Of a DNA stretch of 64,000 nt, positions 1 through 11,135 are shown piece after piece. How positions within the stretch are numbered: position 1 is the first letter of the stretch; every line of letters starts with the position of its first letter. Both the position numbers and the translations under genes were made by a program. Source of the DNA: a phage; sequence record PZ452584.1. One strand, written 5' to 3'. The notes below the pieces were generated by a model, which was not told the DNA's origin, did no database searches, and saw only the letters and a program-made list of their open reading frames with translations.

Positions 1-641
1 ACATCTTTTATAACTTTTTCACTATCAAAACTTTCTTTATTTTCCTTCGATGGAAAAAGCTTATTCTCTACATCATTCCATGTATAAACTCGCTGCGCAG
101 TTTTTGGAATACTGTCACGCTCCCCTCGAGCCATCCAATAAACAGGAACATTTAATATTTCACTCGCATGATCGCAGTGGTGAGCGAGATCGTCAATATA
201 ACAAATTACGTTATATTTCTCTTTTGCCTTTTTGAACAACTCTTCTTTTGAAGAATCATGACCACACATCAATACTTCTGAGAAGGCACCAGGAAAAAGA
301 GCATTCAAATTAAATTGACGATTCAGCAGAGCGTCAATAGAATCACCCAATGCTGTAACAGCTACAAAATTATAATCTTCTTTTAATTTGTTAATTACAC
401 ACAGGGCATCTTTATACGGAGACAAGTAACGAATAAAATCTGAACGATTGTATTTTTCAATTAACTTGACGCCAAGTTCTTCGTCACAATTAAAGAGTTT
501 ACCTGGAGAAATAAATTTCTCATCTTGGATCATTTTTAAAATATGTTCTAACGGAAGATTATATTTCTGAGCAAAATAAGGAAGGCCTGATTGCCAGCTT
601 AAACATACTCCATCAATATCAGTTAAAATAGTAGGCTTCAT
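1..641 (-). CDS. HAD-superfamily phosphatase / 5'(3')-deoxyribonucleotidase-like protein (N-terminal ~213 codons; 3' end beyond window)
   Basis: ATG at 641-639 overlaps upstream stop (ATGA); N-terminus MKPTILTDIDGV has HAD motif I (DxDG); frame open to position 1; absent from ORF track because no stop in window. Confidence 0.5.
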   Translation of the reverse strand, partial: MKPTILTDIDGVCLSWQSGLPYFAQKYNLPLEHILKMIQDEKFISPGKLFNCDEELGVKLIEKYNRSDFIRYLSPYKDALCVINKLKEDYNFVAVTALGDSIDALLNRQFNLNALFPGAFSEVLMCGHDSSKEELFKKAKEKYNVICYIDDLAHHCDHASEILNVPVYWMARGERDSIPKTAQRVYTWNDVENKLFPSKENKESFDSEKVIKD

Positions 642-1096
642 AGAGAGTCTCTTAATAGGTTTAACACATCAATAAATTCAGCTTCGGTTAGTATTGTATC
701 ATCTTTTGTTAGACCACTAGCCATGCTGTGCTTCAAAACTTTTCCTTTCGAGGCTAGTAATGCATCACGAAAGCCCTTGTTTTGAATCGCTGCTTCAAAA
801 TATGCATTTGTGTATAATTCTTTCCACGCTGTGGAGTATCTTGAAAACGGAACTCCAAGCCAGAAGAGGGTCCCACGGTCCTGAGCTCTAGCATAAGACC
901 TTCCAGCTTGTTGGGCGGCAAGCCCGGATAACCCAAATACACGACGTTGTTGTTCAACATTTTTCACCTTGCATCCTTGGAGGAATCCTTCAAGACCTCC
1001 AAATTGAATACCATCCATGACGAAAGGCCATTGGGCAAAATTACTTAATGCGCATGATGGCCATCTAAAATTGCTTCTAATCTCTAACTCAGACAT
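638..1096 (-). CDS. YbiA/NADAR-family (DUF1768-like) protein
   Basis: Track ORF 638-1102 trimmed to first ATG; motif LSNFAQWPF..DG..EGFLQGCK resembles FSNF..WP..DG core of YbiA-type NADAR domains; start uncertain. Confidence 0.5.
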   Translation of the reverse strand: MSELEIRSNFRWPSCALSNFAQWPFVMDGIQFGGLEGFLQGCKVKNVEQQRRVFGLSGLAAQQAGRSYARAQDRGTLFWLGVPFSRYSTAWKELYTNAYFEAAIQNKGFRDALLASKGKVLKHSMASGLTKDDTILTEAEFIDVLNLLRDSL

Positions 1097-1295
1097 TTTC
1101 AATACTTATAATTTCAACATCAGCCCAATGACCATAGCAAGGAAGACGAAATTCAACTGGCCAGTTAGGGTCCTTTTCTAATATAATAGACTTAACTTGC
1201 GGTTCTTCGTGTTCATCAGTATACGGATTTTTATCTGTTACTTTATATGTTACCTTAATGTACTGAATTCCAAAAATCTTATTAATTATATTCAT
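1089..1295 (-). CDS. hypothetical protein (68 aa)
   Basis: Track ORF in minus-strand array, overlaps neighbours by a few nt; start codon not verified. Confidence 0.45.
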   Translation of the reverse strand: MNIINKIFGIQYIKVTYKVTDKNPYTDEHEEPQVKSIILEKDPNWPVEFRLPCYGHWADVEIISIENV

Positions 1296-1489
1296 ACTAA
1301 TTCCTTTAGTCCGTAGATAGGAGATAATTCATCGCCCATACGAAGGTCTTCATTTCCATCTACCCAAGAAACAATATAAGCCTCTTTTACTTGAACATTT
1401 CCCAATTTAAATGCGGGTAAAACCTTAGAAATTAATCCAGGTATACCAACTCCCTTTAATTCAACGGTTTGGCCTAAAAAGAATTTCAT
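1292..1489 (-). CDS. hypothetical protein (65 aa)
   Basis: Track ORF in minus-strand array; 4-nt overlap with neighbours typical of T4 coupling. Confidence 0.45.
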   Translation of the reverse strand: MKFFLGQTVELKGVGIPGLISKVLPAFKLGNVQVKEAYIVSWVDGNEDLRMGDELSPIYGLKELV

Positions 1490-1776
1490 TAGAACCTCAT
1501 CTGAAAACCATGTGATTTAACATTACCGCCATTAATATCAGAACTATTAATTTCACGTGCAATTGAGGGATCAATGTCAATTTCGCCATTAAGTTTAATG
1601 ATAGACAAAGTATCACGCCCATTTACTGTGCGGAACTCTAAAGGACAAACTACATCAACGTAGTTTTTAATCGATTCACTGGTAGGCTGCAAATGAGCAG
1701 GAAGGTCTTTAGGCGCCTTTGAGAAAACTACTTCACAGAAATTTTTGCGGGTGTCAAAATAAGTAGTCATAAACAT
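1489..1776 (-). CDS. hypothetical protein (95 aa)
   Basis: Track ORF 1489-2058 trimmed to ATG at 1776-1774 preceded by GAGGAAAA; longer frame would run through a promoter and terminator. Confidence 0.5.
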   Translation of the reverse strand: MFMTTYFDTRKNFCEVVFSKAPKDLPAHLQPTSESIKNYVDVVCPLEFRTVNGRDTLSIIKLNGEIDIDPSIAREINSSDINGGNVKSHGFQMRF

Positions 1777-1794
1777 AACATTTTCCTCAGTAAA

Positions 1795-1820
1795 GGGCCG
1801 AAGCCCTTTTCTTTTGTTTG
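1795..1820. other. GGGCCGAAGCCC hairpin in 5' leader, followed by T-run on plus strand
   Basis: Same hairpin sequence as at 38701 and 38929; strand of action ambiguous. Confidence 0.35.
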
Positions 1821-1829
1821 TGTAAGATA

Positions 1830-1859
1830 ATACTATCACAAAGGAACCGTACTGTAAAC
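1830..1859 (-). promoter_or_regulatory. T4-type early promoter (-35 GTTTAC, 18-bp spacer, -10 TAGTAT)
   Basis: gtaaac at 1854-1859 and atacta at 1830-1835 on plus strand. Confidence 0.5.
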
Positions 1860-1877
1860 AACTTTGTGCAATCTTTG

Positions 1878-1907
1878 GAAAATAAAAAAGGACTCCCGAA
1901 GGAGTCC
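1878..1907 (-). terminator. intrinsic terminator (GGACUCC-UUCG-GGAGUCC hairpin + U-run on minus transcript)
   Basis: ggactcc cgaa ggagtcc at 1890-1907 preceded on plus strand by A-run 1881-1889. Confidence 0.65.
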
Positions 1908-1912
1908 TCAAC

Positions 1913-2089
1913 TTATGCTTTCTGCTTACCAAAACGAGAAGCATCATCTCGAAGAACCGCACGTGCTCGGCGCATGATCTTCTCAACAGTTTGATTGATA
2001 CGAGAGTTCGACCCACGCTTGTAACCAGCGCGTTTAGAATCACCAACTTTCTTTTCAACTGCTTTCTTTGCTTTAGCTTGTTTTGCCAT
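1913..2089 (-). CDS. small highly basic protein (58 aa, MAKQAKAKKAVEKK...)
   Basis: Track ORF 1913-2131 trimmed to ATG at 2089-2087 with AAGAGA upstream; followed by intrinsic terminator 1878-1907. Confidence 0.5.
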   Translation of the reverse strand: MAKQAKAKKAVEKKVGDSKRAGYKRGSNSRINQTVEKIMRRARAVLRDDASRFGKQKA

Positions 2090-2487
2090 TATAAATTCTC
2101 TTTTAAATGAAAATGCAGGACTTATTGGCATTGCCTGCGCAAGCCCTCAAGGGGAACATAGGTTTTTGGATATTTAACGACCAGGATAACCATAAACCCG
2201 TCATCATACCTTATAGCTCTTATCTGTTGCACACCGTTAGCTTAAAGGTTCCGGGTTCGATTTCTCGAGGATAAGATATATACTGATGGATATATAGGCC
2301 TTGAGGCGTACTCCCGATTGGCCATCACCTCGGGGTAGCATGCACTTGCCGCTATAAGAATAACATTCAAGAGGTACACCATAAAACTGCCGAGGTCTTA
2401 AAACTATAATGATTCGCAAATCATTAATCAGACAGTTCGATGGCTCCTCGATTTTAGCTCACACTAAGGCAGTGAATCTCCAATAAA

Positions 2488-2736
2488 TTACTTCAATGTT
2501 ACCACAAAGTGACGAACTGCTTTTCGTGCAGCAGAAGCCAGAGGCTTAGCATACTTAAGTTCATCTTTTTCCTGAAGCTCGGCAGCTAATGCAGTTTGAG
2601 CAGGATTCAGATGTTTGAAATAACGCAGGATTTCAAGAGCTTCGGCTTCAACATCAATAGATGCGCCATAGTTTTCGTGACCATTATTCCATGCGTTTCG
2701 TTGCAGTTCAAGAGCGTGTTGTAATTGTTTAATCAT
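2488..2736 (-). CDS. rIII: rIII lysis-inhibition accessory protein
   Basis: 82-aa ORF MIKQLQHALELQR... matches T4 rIII in length and sequence; lies downstream of gene 31. Confidence 0.9.
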   Translation of the reverse strand: MIKQLQHALELQRNAWNNGHENYGASIDVEAEALEILRYFKHLNPAQTALAAELQEKDELKYAKPLASAARKAVRHFVVTLK

Positions 2737-2875
2737 TTAAAAATTCTCGTTAGAGATTAAAACTCGGTAGTCACGTTCTTCTGAATTTCATCTTCTTTCG
2801 ACAGATCTCTCAGTTGTAGACTACCACATAGAATTGTTCGGTTAACTTATTATTCCGACACCCAATTCATATTAT

Positions 2876-2883
2876 TATTTATA
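2876..2883 (-). promoter_or_regulatory. late promoter TATAAATA upstream of rIII
   Basis: tatttata on plus strand abutting gene 31 stop, about 140 nt upstream of rIII. Confidence 0.45.
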
Positions 2884-3219
2884 TCACTTATAAAGACACG
2901 GAATAGCTTTATAGTGACAAGTAACAAATTTTTGTTTAATTTCTTTTGGCTGCTTAAGACCCAGAGCTACAAAAGGATGCGGAACATTTCGAATTTGACC
3001 AACTGGAAGAGAAGTCAAATCACCAACTTCGCAGAAACCTTCAGGAACATCAGGACCAACAGAGTGAACTACACACAGTTCAGGAACTTCACCTTGAACA
3101 CGTTTACCGATAATAAGTCCTGATTCTGTAACTTCTTCATCACCAGCCTGTGCGGGTTCAGAAACTAAAATAACATATTCACCGACAGCACGAATTGGTA
3201 GCTGTTGTACTTCAGACAT
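2884..3219 (-). CDS. 31: gp31 co-chaperonin (GroES-like)
   Basis: 111-aa [24 protein letters not shown]...; same length as T4 gp31; synteny 31-rIII. Confidence 0.9.
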
Positions 3220-3249
3220 CGTTTTTCCTTTTTGTTAACAGATGAATTA

Positions 3250-3277
3250 ATAATAACAAATAATTCTTAAAGCATTT
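3250..3277 (-). promoter_or_regulatory. MotA-dependent middle promoter candidate for gene 31
   Basis: AAATGCTTT MotA box (aagca 3270-3274) 12 bp upstream of TATTAT (3250-3255). Confidence 0.45.
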
Positions 3278-3584
3278 ATTTACCAATAAATTGGAGCAAA
3301 TGCTCAACTTTCATACCATTAACGGAAATCAATTTGTCAATAGAAAAACCTCGCCATGCACCAAGCTCAACATCAAATACTGGAATCATGTCAGTAGATT
3401 CTTTCCGAGTAGATTCAGTCAATTTACCGGTTTGCATGGTTGGCATAAAGTCTGCATCACGAGTACCTTTCATAGTACGAATAGTACCATCAGACTTTTC
3501 AAAAACTACGTTTGAAACACCCATTGACAATTTAGTTTTCAAAATTTCACGAATTGCTACTTTTTGTTCAGTCGTCAGTTTCAT
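3276..3584 (-). CDS. hypothetical protein (102 aa; position of T4 31.1/31.2 ORFs)
   Basis: Track ORF between cd and 31. Confidence 0.5.
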   Translation of the reverse strand: MKLTTEQKVAIREILKTKLSMGVSNVVFEKSDGTIRTMKGTRDADFMPTMQTGKLTESTRKESTDMIPVFDVELGAWRGFSIDKLISVNGMKVEHLLQFIGK

Positions 3585-3821
3585 TTATTTACCTATTACA
3601 GTTTTAATATGAGTTGTTCCACGTTCTTTAAGGGTGGAAAGTAATTTTTGGCATTTTTCTAAATCAGATTTCCAACTATATGGTCTATCAATACTAGTCC
3701 AATCAGTTTTATAATACTGCTTCCATTTAGAGAAAAAATACTTCTTATACTCTACAGCAAATGAAATGTTCTCGTTGGAATAAGAACTAATTGCAGTGAG
3801 TTGTACCAAACGAAATTTCAT
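3585..3821 (-). CDS. hypothetical protein (78 aa)
   Basis: Track ORF; stop/start abuts neighbours. Confidence 0.5.
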   Translation of the reverse strand: MKFRLVQLTAISSYSNENISFAVEYKKYFFSKWKQYYKTDWTSIDRPYSWKSDLEKCQKLLSTLKERGTTHIKTVIGK

Positions 3822-4402
3822 TATTCACCACAGAATTCGTTGATATTTTCCCAGTTTAACTTATTCAAGTTTTTCTTAGGAACATTAAACACTTCAATAC
3901 CCGCATTTCGCAGAATATCATCCCAGCCAGGTTTATTTTTATCGTATGTTTCGCAATAAACTAGCTTTTTAATACCAGATTGAGCTATCGCTTTTGCGCA
4001 ATCCGGACAAGGAGAAAGTGTTACATACATAGTAGCACCTTCAATAGAAGAACCATTTCGTGCAGCAAACAAAATTGCATTTAGTTCAGCATGAATTTCA
4101 TTTTTAGACGACCATTCAGAGTGAGCGCTACGGTGTTCTTTCGCCAAGACAAAGCGATCGGTTGAACCAAATGATACGCATTCAGGCTTATGACCTTGAA
4201 TGATAGTGTGTTTAGGCTTATTCAACAACCAACCTTGCTCAGCAGCATAATCACAACAGTTCACACCCCCTGCGGGTGAACCATTATACCCAGTAGAAAT
4301 AATACGTCCATTCTTTTCAATTACTGCTCCTACCTTCCAGGAGCAACATTTTGATTCCTGTGATACTAAATATGCAATTTGAAGTACTGTACTCGCTTTC
4401 AT
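3821..4402 (-). CDS. cd: dCMP deaminase
   Basis: 193-aa ORF with cytidine/dCMP deaminase zinc motifs (HAELNAI...SPCPDCAKAI); same length as T4 Cd. Confidence 0.9.
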   Translation of the reverse strand: MKASTVLQIAYLVSQESKCCSWKVGAVIEKNGRIISTGYNGSPAGGVNCCDYAAEQGWLLNKPKHTIIQGHKPECVSFGSTDRFVLAKEHRSAHSEWSSKNEIHAELNAILFAARNGSSIEGATMYVTLSPCPDCAKAIAQSGIKKLVYCETYDKNKPGWDDILRNAGIEVFNVPKKNLNKLNWENINEFCGE

Positions 4403-4737
4403 TTCATAATCACCAGATAAGCAGATTTAGCAGTTTCAACACGATAAATTTCGTGACGAAGTTTAGTTATACTTTTAATAACAGAACTAATTATATTCTG
4501 CCCATCTTTAAAGCGGTTTTTCTTATCAATAAAAACTGCGCCAGTCATCTTTTTGTGAATCTCAACTGGATACTTCGTCACAATAATAGCATCATACACA
4601 GAAGGATGAATACTATTCACCAGAGCATCATTCATTAAAGTTATTCTAATGAACTGTGCTGTTTCAGAATCAAGCGCTCTATGATCGCCAGTATCATTTT
4701 CAAGACAATTATTAATTATATCAGTTAAATTCATCAT
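4399..4737 (-). CDS. hypothetical protein (112 aa; cd.x position)
   Basis: Track ORF, 4-nt overlap coupling. Confidence 0.5.
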   Translation of the reverse strand: MMNLTDIINNCLENDTGDHRALDSETAQFIRITLMNDALVNSIHPSVYDAIIVTKYPVEIHKKMTGAVFIDKKNRFKDGQNIISSVIKSITKLRHEIYRVETAKSAYLVIMK

Positions 4738-4973
4738 AGTACGCCATACACCCTTTGTGCTTCAACTAATCCATCAAAATCCAGTTTAAGATGCGATATT
4801 TGATCGCCATCACCTGGATTCACAATTACTAATACTGAACGAGGAGTTTCGGTAATAACACGAACCGATGTTTCAGGAAATCGTTCAGAAACCTTATTTA
4901 CTAATTCCTGTGCAAATAGTTTAACTTTTTCTTGGAATTCTTTAACAGTAATTGGTTTTTCACTTAGCAGCAT
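4734..4973 (-). CDS. hypothetical protein (79 aa; cd.x position)
   Basis: Track ORF preceded by early promoter 5003-5032. Confidence 0.5.
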   Translation of the reverse strand: MLLSEKPITVKEFQEKVKLFAQELVNKVSERFPETSVRVITETPRSVLVIVNPGDGDQISHLKLDFDGLVEAQRVYGVL

Positions 4974-5002
4974 TTTGTTTTCCTCATTTGTTTGGTAGAG
5001 CT

Positions 5003-5032
5003 ATAATATCACAACTCTACCGTAAAGTAAAC
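5003..5032 (-). promoter_or_regulatory. T4-type early promoter (GTTTAC / TATTAT)
   Basis: gtaaac 5027-5032, ataata 5003-5008; -10 sits in loop of inverted repeat GGTAGAG..CTCTACC. Confidence 0.5.
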
Positions 5033-5034
5033 TA

Positions 5035-5340
5035 TTAAATCGCTTTGAATTCCGCAGTTTGAGATTCAAAACGAATATCGCCTTTGATGACTAGCTCAGC
5101 ATCAAGACCGAATACAACAATGATATGCGCAGAACCTGGATACAGCGTAATGGCAACAGAATCCACTTGGTCTGGAAGCAAAGTATTCAATACATGAGTC
5201 ACTTGAGCATGAATTCGAAGCTCGGCTGCGTTATCAAGTTTTTCAAACATGTTATTAGCGATAATTTGGCTAAACACTACTTCTACGATTTTAGAGTAAG
5301 TCGGAAACATATTTACCTCACATAATTTTCTTCGAGCCAA
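5035..5340 (-). CDS. hypothetical protein (101 aa; cd.x position)
   Basis: Track ORF. Confidence 0.5.
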   Translation of the reverse strand: MARRKLCEVNMFPTYSKIVEVVFSQIIANNMFEKLDNAAELRIHAQVTHVLNTLLPDQVDSVAITLYPGSAHIIVVFGLDAELVIKGDIRFESQTAEFKAI

Positions 5341-5513
5341 TCAATAACATCCAACGCATTATCAAAAGTTGAACCATCTACTTTGTCTTCTGTTTCATAA
5401 TCAAGAACATCTAAACCTACTCTTCCATCAACAATAGGCCATAAACAAAATAGATATTTCTTTTCTTTTTCAATTTTATCACAAAGACGATAAATCTTTT
5501 CTATGTTATTCAT
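5313..5513 (-). CDS. hypothetical protein (66 aa)
   Basis: Track ORF; start not verified. Confidence 0.4.
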   Translation of the reverse strand: MNNIEKIYRLCDKIEKEKKYLFCLWPIVDGRVGLDVLDYETEDKVDGSTFDNALDVIDWLEENYVR

Positions 5514-5702
5514 AAGTTTTCCATGGTAAAGGCAGTTTAGTTTTCTTTACTGTTAGTTCAATATCAGGATTCTTTTCTCTTAATTTAAGGCATTCCTCCC
5601 AAGCTCTGATTTCACTAGTGAATACACAAAATTGCCCATTACTAGTACCGACTAAACCACTATTTACAATAATAATAGCCCAAGTTTCATGATGCCACGC
5701 CA

Positions 5703-5703
<1 letters not shown>
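5506..5703 (-). CDS. hypothetical protein (65 aa)
   Basis: Track ORF immediately downstream of pseT. Confidence 0.45.
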
Positions 5704-6906
<1,203 letters not shown>

Positions 6907-6910
<4 letters not shown>

Positions 6911-7137
6911 TTATTTTTCTCAACCAATGATTGAATATAATCATGCAGGTCTTTAGATGCTTTACCCCACTTATTTTGATATTCATTTTTAAGATTAGCC
7001 CGAGATTGAGCTAATAAAACATCATTAGTTGGAGGTAAAGATTCTAATCGTTGAATCTGACGTCCATAAATCATTGCAGCCATCTCAGATTCATAAATCA
7101 ATCCTTTGAGATGTTCAAATTGATGCCATGAAATCAT
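6907..7137 (-). CDS. hypothetical protein (76 aa)
   Basis: Track ORF. Confidence 0.45.
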
Positions 7138-7433
7138 TTACATTTATCCTCTTTTAACTCTTGACGATAATAACATATCATAGTTTTTTGGTCATGTACA
7201 TATCGTTTTACATCATTAAGCCAAATACGAAATTCCTGGGAATCTTCAAATGGCATACCGACCCAAGCTTTACCATCAATAACTTTAACTTGCCAAGATA
7301 GTTTAGCTTCATCATATGACTTTATTTGTACAGGCCAATTAGGATGAACTGTTTCTTTCTTTACTTCTAGAGGCTTTGTCGAACAACCAACTAGAAGACC
7401 AATAGATAATATTACTGCCGATAGTTTAATCAT
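7134..7433 (-). CDS. putative lipoprotein (99 aa)
   Basis: N-terminus MIKLSAVILSIGLLVGCS has signal peptide and lipobox. Confidence 0.5.
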   Translation of the reverse strand: MIKLSAVILSIGLLVGCSTKPLEVKKETVHPNWPVQIKSYDEAKLSWQVKVIDGKAWVGMPFEDSQEFRIWLNDVKRYVHDQKTMICYYRQELKEDKCK

Positions 7434-7783
7434 TTAGAAAGGTCCTGGATGTCTTCTGCGAACTTGTTGAAGGAGTTGTTGATTTGTTTTTCAACCAATC
7501 CTGGCTTATGAGCCACCACATCCGCCTTCTTTGCATCTTTGCGCAGTTTTTCATTTTCACGCTCAATAGCAGCAATTGCCTCACGATTTTTATTATTCAT
7601 CGCATCAATATAATTATACTGAATTCGCAAATTATCTAATGCTAAAGCGTTTTCATTGGCTGTTTTTGTAATTTCAGTAACTGATGTTTCTAATCTTTCT
7701 ACCTTATTTTTTAAAATAATAGATGTTCCACCCAATGCTATTACAATTAATAGTAAACCTGCTGTCGTATTACTTAATTGCAT
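7430..7783 (-). CDS. hypothetical membrane-anchored protein (117 aa)
   Basis: Hydrophobic N-terminal segment then charged helical region. Confidence 0.45.
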   Translation of the reverse strand: MQLSNTTAGLLLIVIALGGTSIILKNKVERLETSVTEITKTANENALALDNLRIQYNYIDAMNNKNREAIAAIERENEKLRKDAKKADVVAHKPGLVEKQINNSFNKFAEDIQDLSK

Positions 7784-8277
7784 AAAGTTTTAATAACCTC
7801 TATAATATCGTCTTGAGAAAGACCGTTAATTAAAATATGATGTTCAGCTGGAGATTTAGAAATTTTAAAGCATGCCTCAACATCTTCTGCCATATCCGAT
7901 GCACTACGATTTGGATTACTAATTCCAAGACGATGCTTTCCAGTCAAAGGATTAACGATGATATAGCATTTGCAGCTATTGATATGAACATTGGGCTGAG
8001 TCTGATTAATGAACACTTCGCAATCATACTTAGCGAGTTGATTTTCTAAAAAGACTTTCATCTCTTCAACCGCATCAGGAAGCATATCACGGGCTTGCTC
8101 AAGACGACGATTTCGATATTCTTTAATGGTCGTTTTCCGCTTGACTTGCTTAGCTAAATCTTTCTTAAGATCGGTGATATATCCAACTCGACGATTTCCT
8201 TTGAATACAGAAATCCCATCTGTAGTATCACCGTATGCTTCAACGACCATTTCAGTAGTAATAAGCTGCAAATCCAT
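7774..8277 (-). CDS. alc: Alc, inhibitor of transcription on cytosine-containing DNA
   Basis: 167 aa from second Met (MDLQLITTEMVVEAYGD...); T4 position between 63 and pseT; early promoter 8309-8338 upstream. Confidence 0.75.
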   Translation of the reverse strand: MDLQLITTEMVVEAYGDTTDGISVFKGNRRVGYITDLKKDLAKQVKRKTTIKEYRNRRLEQARDMLPDAVEEMKVFLENQLAKYDCEVFINQTQPNVHINSCKCYIIVNPLTGKHRLGISNPNRSASDMAEDVEACFKISKSPAEHHILINGLSQDDIIEVIKTLCN

Positions 8278-8308
8278 CATAAAGTCCTCATGTTATGTCA
8301 GTAAGACT

Positions 8309-8338
8309 ACTATAACACAACACGAGGGACTTGTAAAC
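8309..8338 (-). promoter_or_regulatory. T4-type early promoter upstream of alc (GTTTAC / TATAGT)
   Basis: gtaaac 8333-8338, actata 8309-8314. Confidence 0.55.
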
Positions 8339-8341
8339 AGC

Positions 8342-9929
<1,588 letters not shown>

Positions 9930-9937
9930 AATAAAAT

Positions 9938-9951
9938 GGGCCTTGCGGCCC
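9938..9951 (-). terminator. hairpin between nrdB and denA (possible attenuator)
   Basis: gggcc ttgc ggccc followed on minus transcript by AUUUUAUU then denA ATG. Confidence 0.35.
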
Positions 9952-9956
9952 ACTCC

Positions 9957-11135
9957 TTAAAAGTATTTTTTAAAACTCATCATAACTTTATCATCAACAT
10001 CATTATCAATCTGTGCAACAAGGTAAGATGACAGTTCTACTTCTTGTGGCGCGGATTGAACATTATCAGAATTAAGATATTCACGAATCCAAGGATATGG
10101 ATGTTTAACCGGAGCATCGGTAATTGGGCATGGAAGACCACACTGTTTCATACGAGATACAGTTAAGTAATCAATAAAGCTCCACATGCTATTTGTATTT
10201 AATCCAGGAACATCGCCATCTTTAAATAAATGAACTGCCCAATCTTTTTCTTGGCGGTTAACTTCCATGAAAATATCAACTGCTTCTTGTTCACACTCTT
10301 GAGCAATTTTAACCCATTCATCACCATCAGTGCCAAGTTGAAGTTGACGAATAATATATTGTGTGCCTTTAAGGTGAAGCTGTTCATCACGTGCAATGAA
10401 CTTCATAATCTTGGCATTACCTTCCATGATTTCCATGTTCTTATGGAAGTTAAAGGTACATGCGAAAGATACATAAAAACGAATAGCTTCCAATGCGTTG
10501 ATTACATGCAAACAGAGGTAAAGAGATTTCATTAAAGCACGTTTAGCTTCGGCTTCTTGTTTAATAGCTCTGTTTAAACGAAAGTCGGCATCAGGAGATT
10601 CTTTAGCTAGTTCTACAAATTCTTTAGCATTTTCCCATTCACGGGTTTTAATCAGAACATCATCATAATAACGTCCAATTGATTCAGCACGTTTCATAAT
10701 AGCTTCATCTAATACAATCTCATCAAATACCTTTGACGGATCAGTATAAAGATTTCGCATGATATGAGTATATGAACGACTATGAATAGTTTCACTAAAA
10801 GTCCATGTAGCAACCCATGTATCAAGGCTTGGGTCTGAAATTAATGACATAAGTACAGCAGACGGCGCACGACCCTGAATGCTATCCAAAAGTGATTGAT
10901 ACTTCAGATTATTAGTAAAAATATTCTGCTGATACTGAGGAAGCTTATTAAACTGTGCAGCATCCATCATTAAGTTTACTTCTTCCGGGCGCCAGAAAAA
11001 TGATAAGGACTTTTCTGTGAGTTCTTCAAATACTCGATGCCGTTGAATATCATAACGCGCAATACCAAGACCTGAACCAAAAAACATAGGTTCTTTTAAA
11101 ACATCAACTGGGTTTGTATTAAAAACTGTGCTCAT
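9957..11135 (-). CDS. nrdB: ribonucleotide reductase small subunit (aerobic, class Ia)
   Basis: 392-aa continuous ORF; diiron R2 fold expected; no intron interruption. Confidence 0.9.
   Translation of the reverse strand: MSTVFNTNPVDVLKEPMFFGSGLGIARYDIQRHRVFEELTEKSLSFFWRPEEVNLMMDAAQFNKLPQYQQNIFTNNLKYQSLLDSIQGRAPSAVLMSLISDPSLDTWVATWTFSETIHSRSYTHIMRNLYTDPSKVFDEIVLDEAIMKRAESIGRYYDDVLIKTREWENAKEFVELAKESPDADFRLNRAIKQEAEAKRALMKSLYLCLHVINALEAIRFYVSFACTFNFHKNMEIMEGNAKIMKFIARDEQLHLKGTQYIIRQLQLGTDGDEWVKIAQECEQEAVDIFMEVNRQEKDWAVHLFKDGDVPGLNTNSMWSFIDYLTVSRMKQCGLPCPITDAPVKHPYPWIREYLNSDNVQSAPQEVELSSYLVAQIDNDVDDKVMMSFKKYF

Noticed and set aside
50-235. Plus-strand 61-aa ORF
   Set aside because: Lies antisense inside the HAD-phosphatase ORF, has no RBS and looks like a chance frame
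1489-2058. 189-aa minus-strand ORF as listed in the track
   Set aside because: The long frame runs through an early promoter, a terminator hairpin and the neighbouring gene; only the part from ATG 1776 with an RBS is credible
2251-2267. tRNA-like T-arm motif GGGTTCGATTTC
   Set aside because: Flanking sequence cannot form a T-stem or acceptor stem, so no cloverleaf is possible
2237-2419. 60-aa minus-strand ORF in the rIII-downstream gap
   Set aside because: TTG start, no RBS, GC-rich junk-like product; the region is more likely non-coding
10230-10535. Plus-strand ORFs inside nrdB (also 10199-10396 on the minus strand)
   Set aside because: Antisense or alternate-frame to a well-supported gene; low-complexity products
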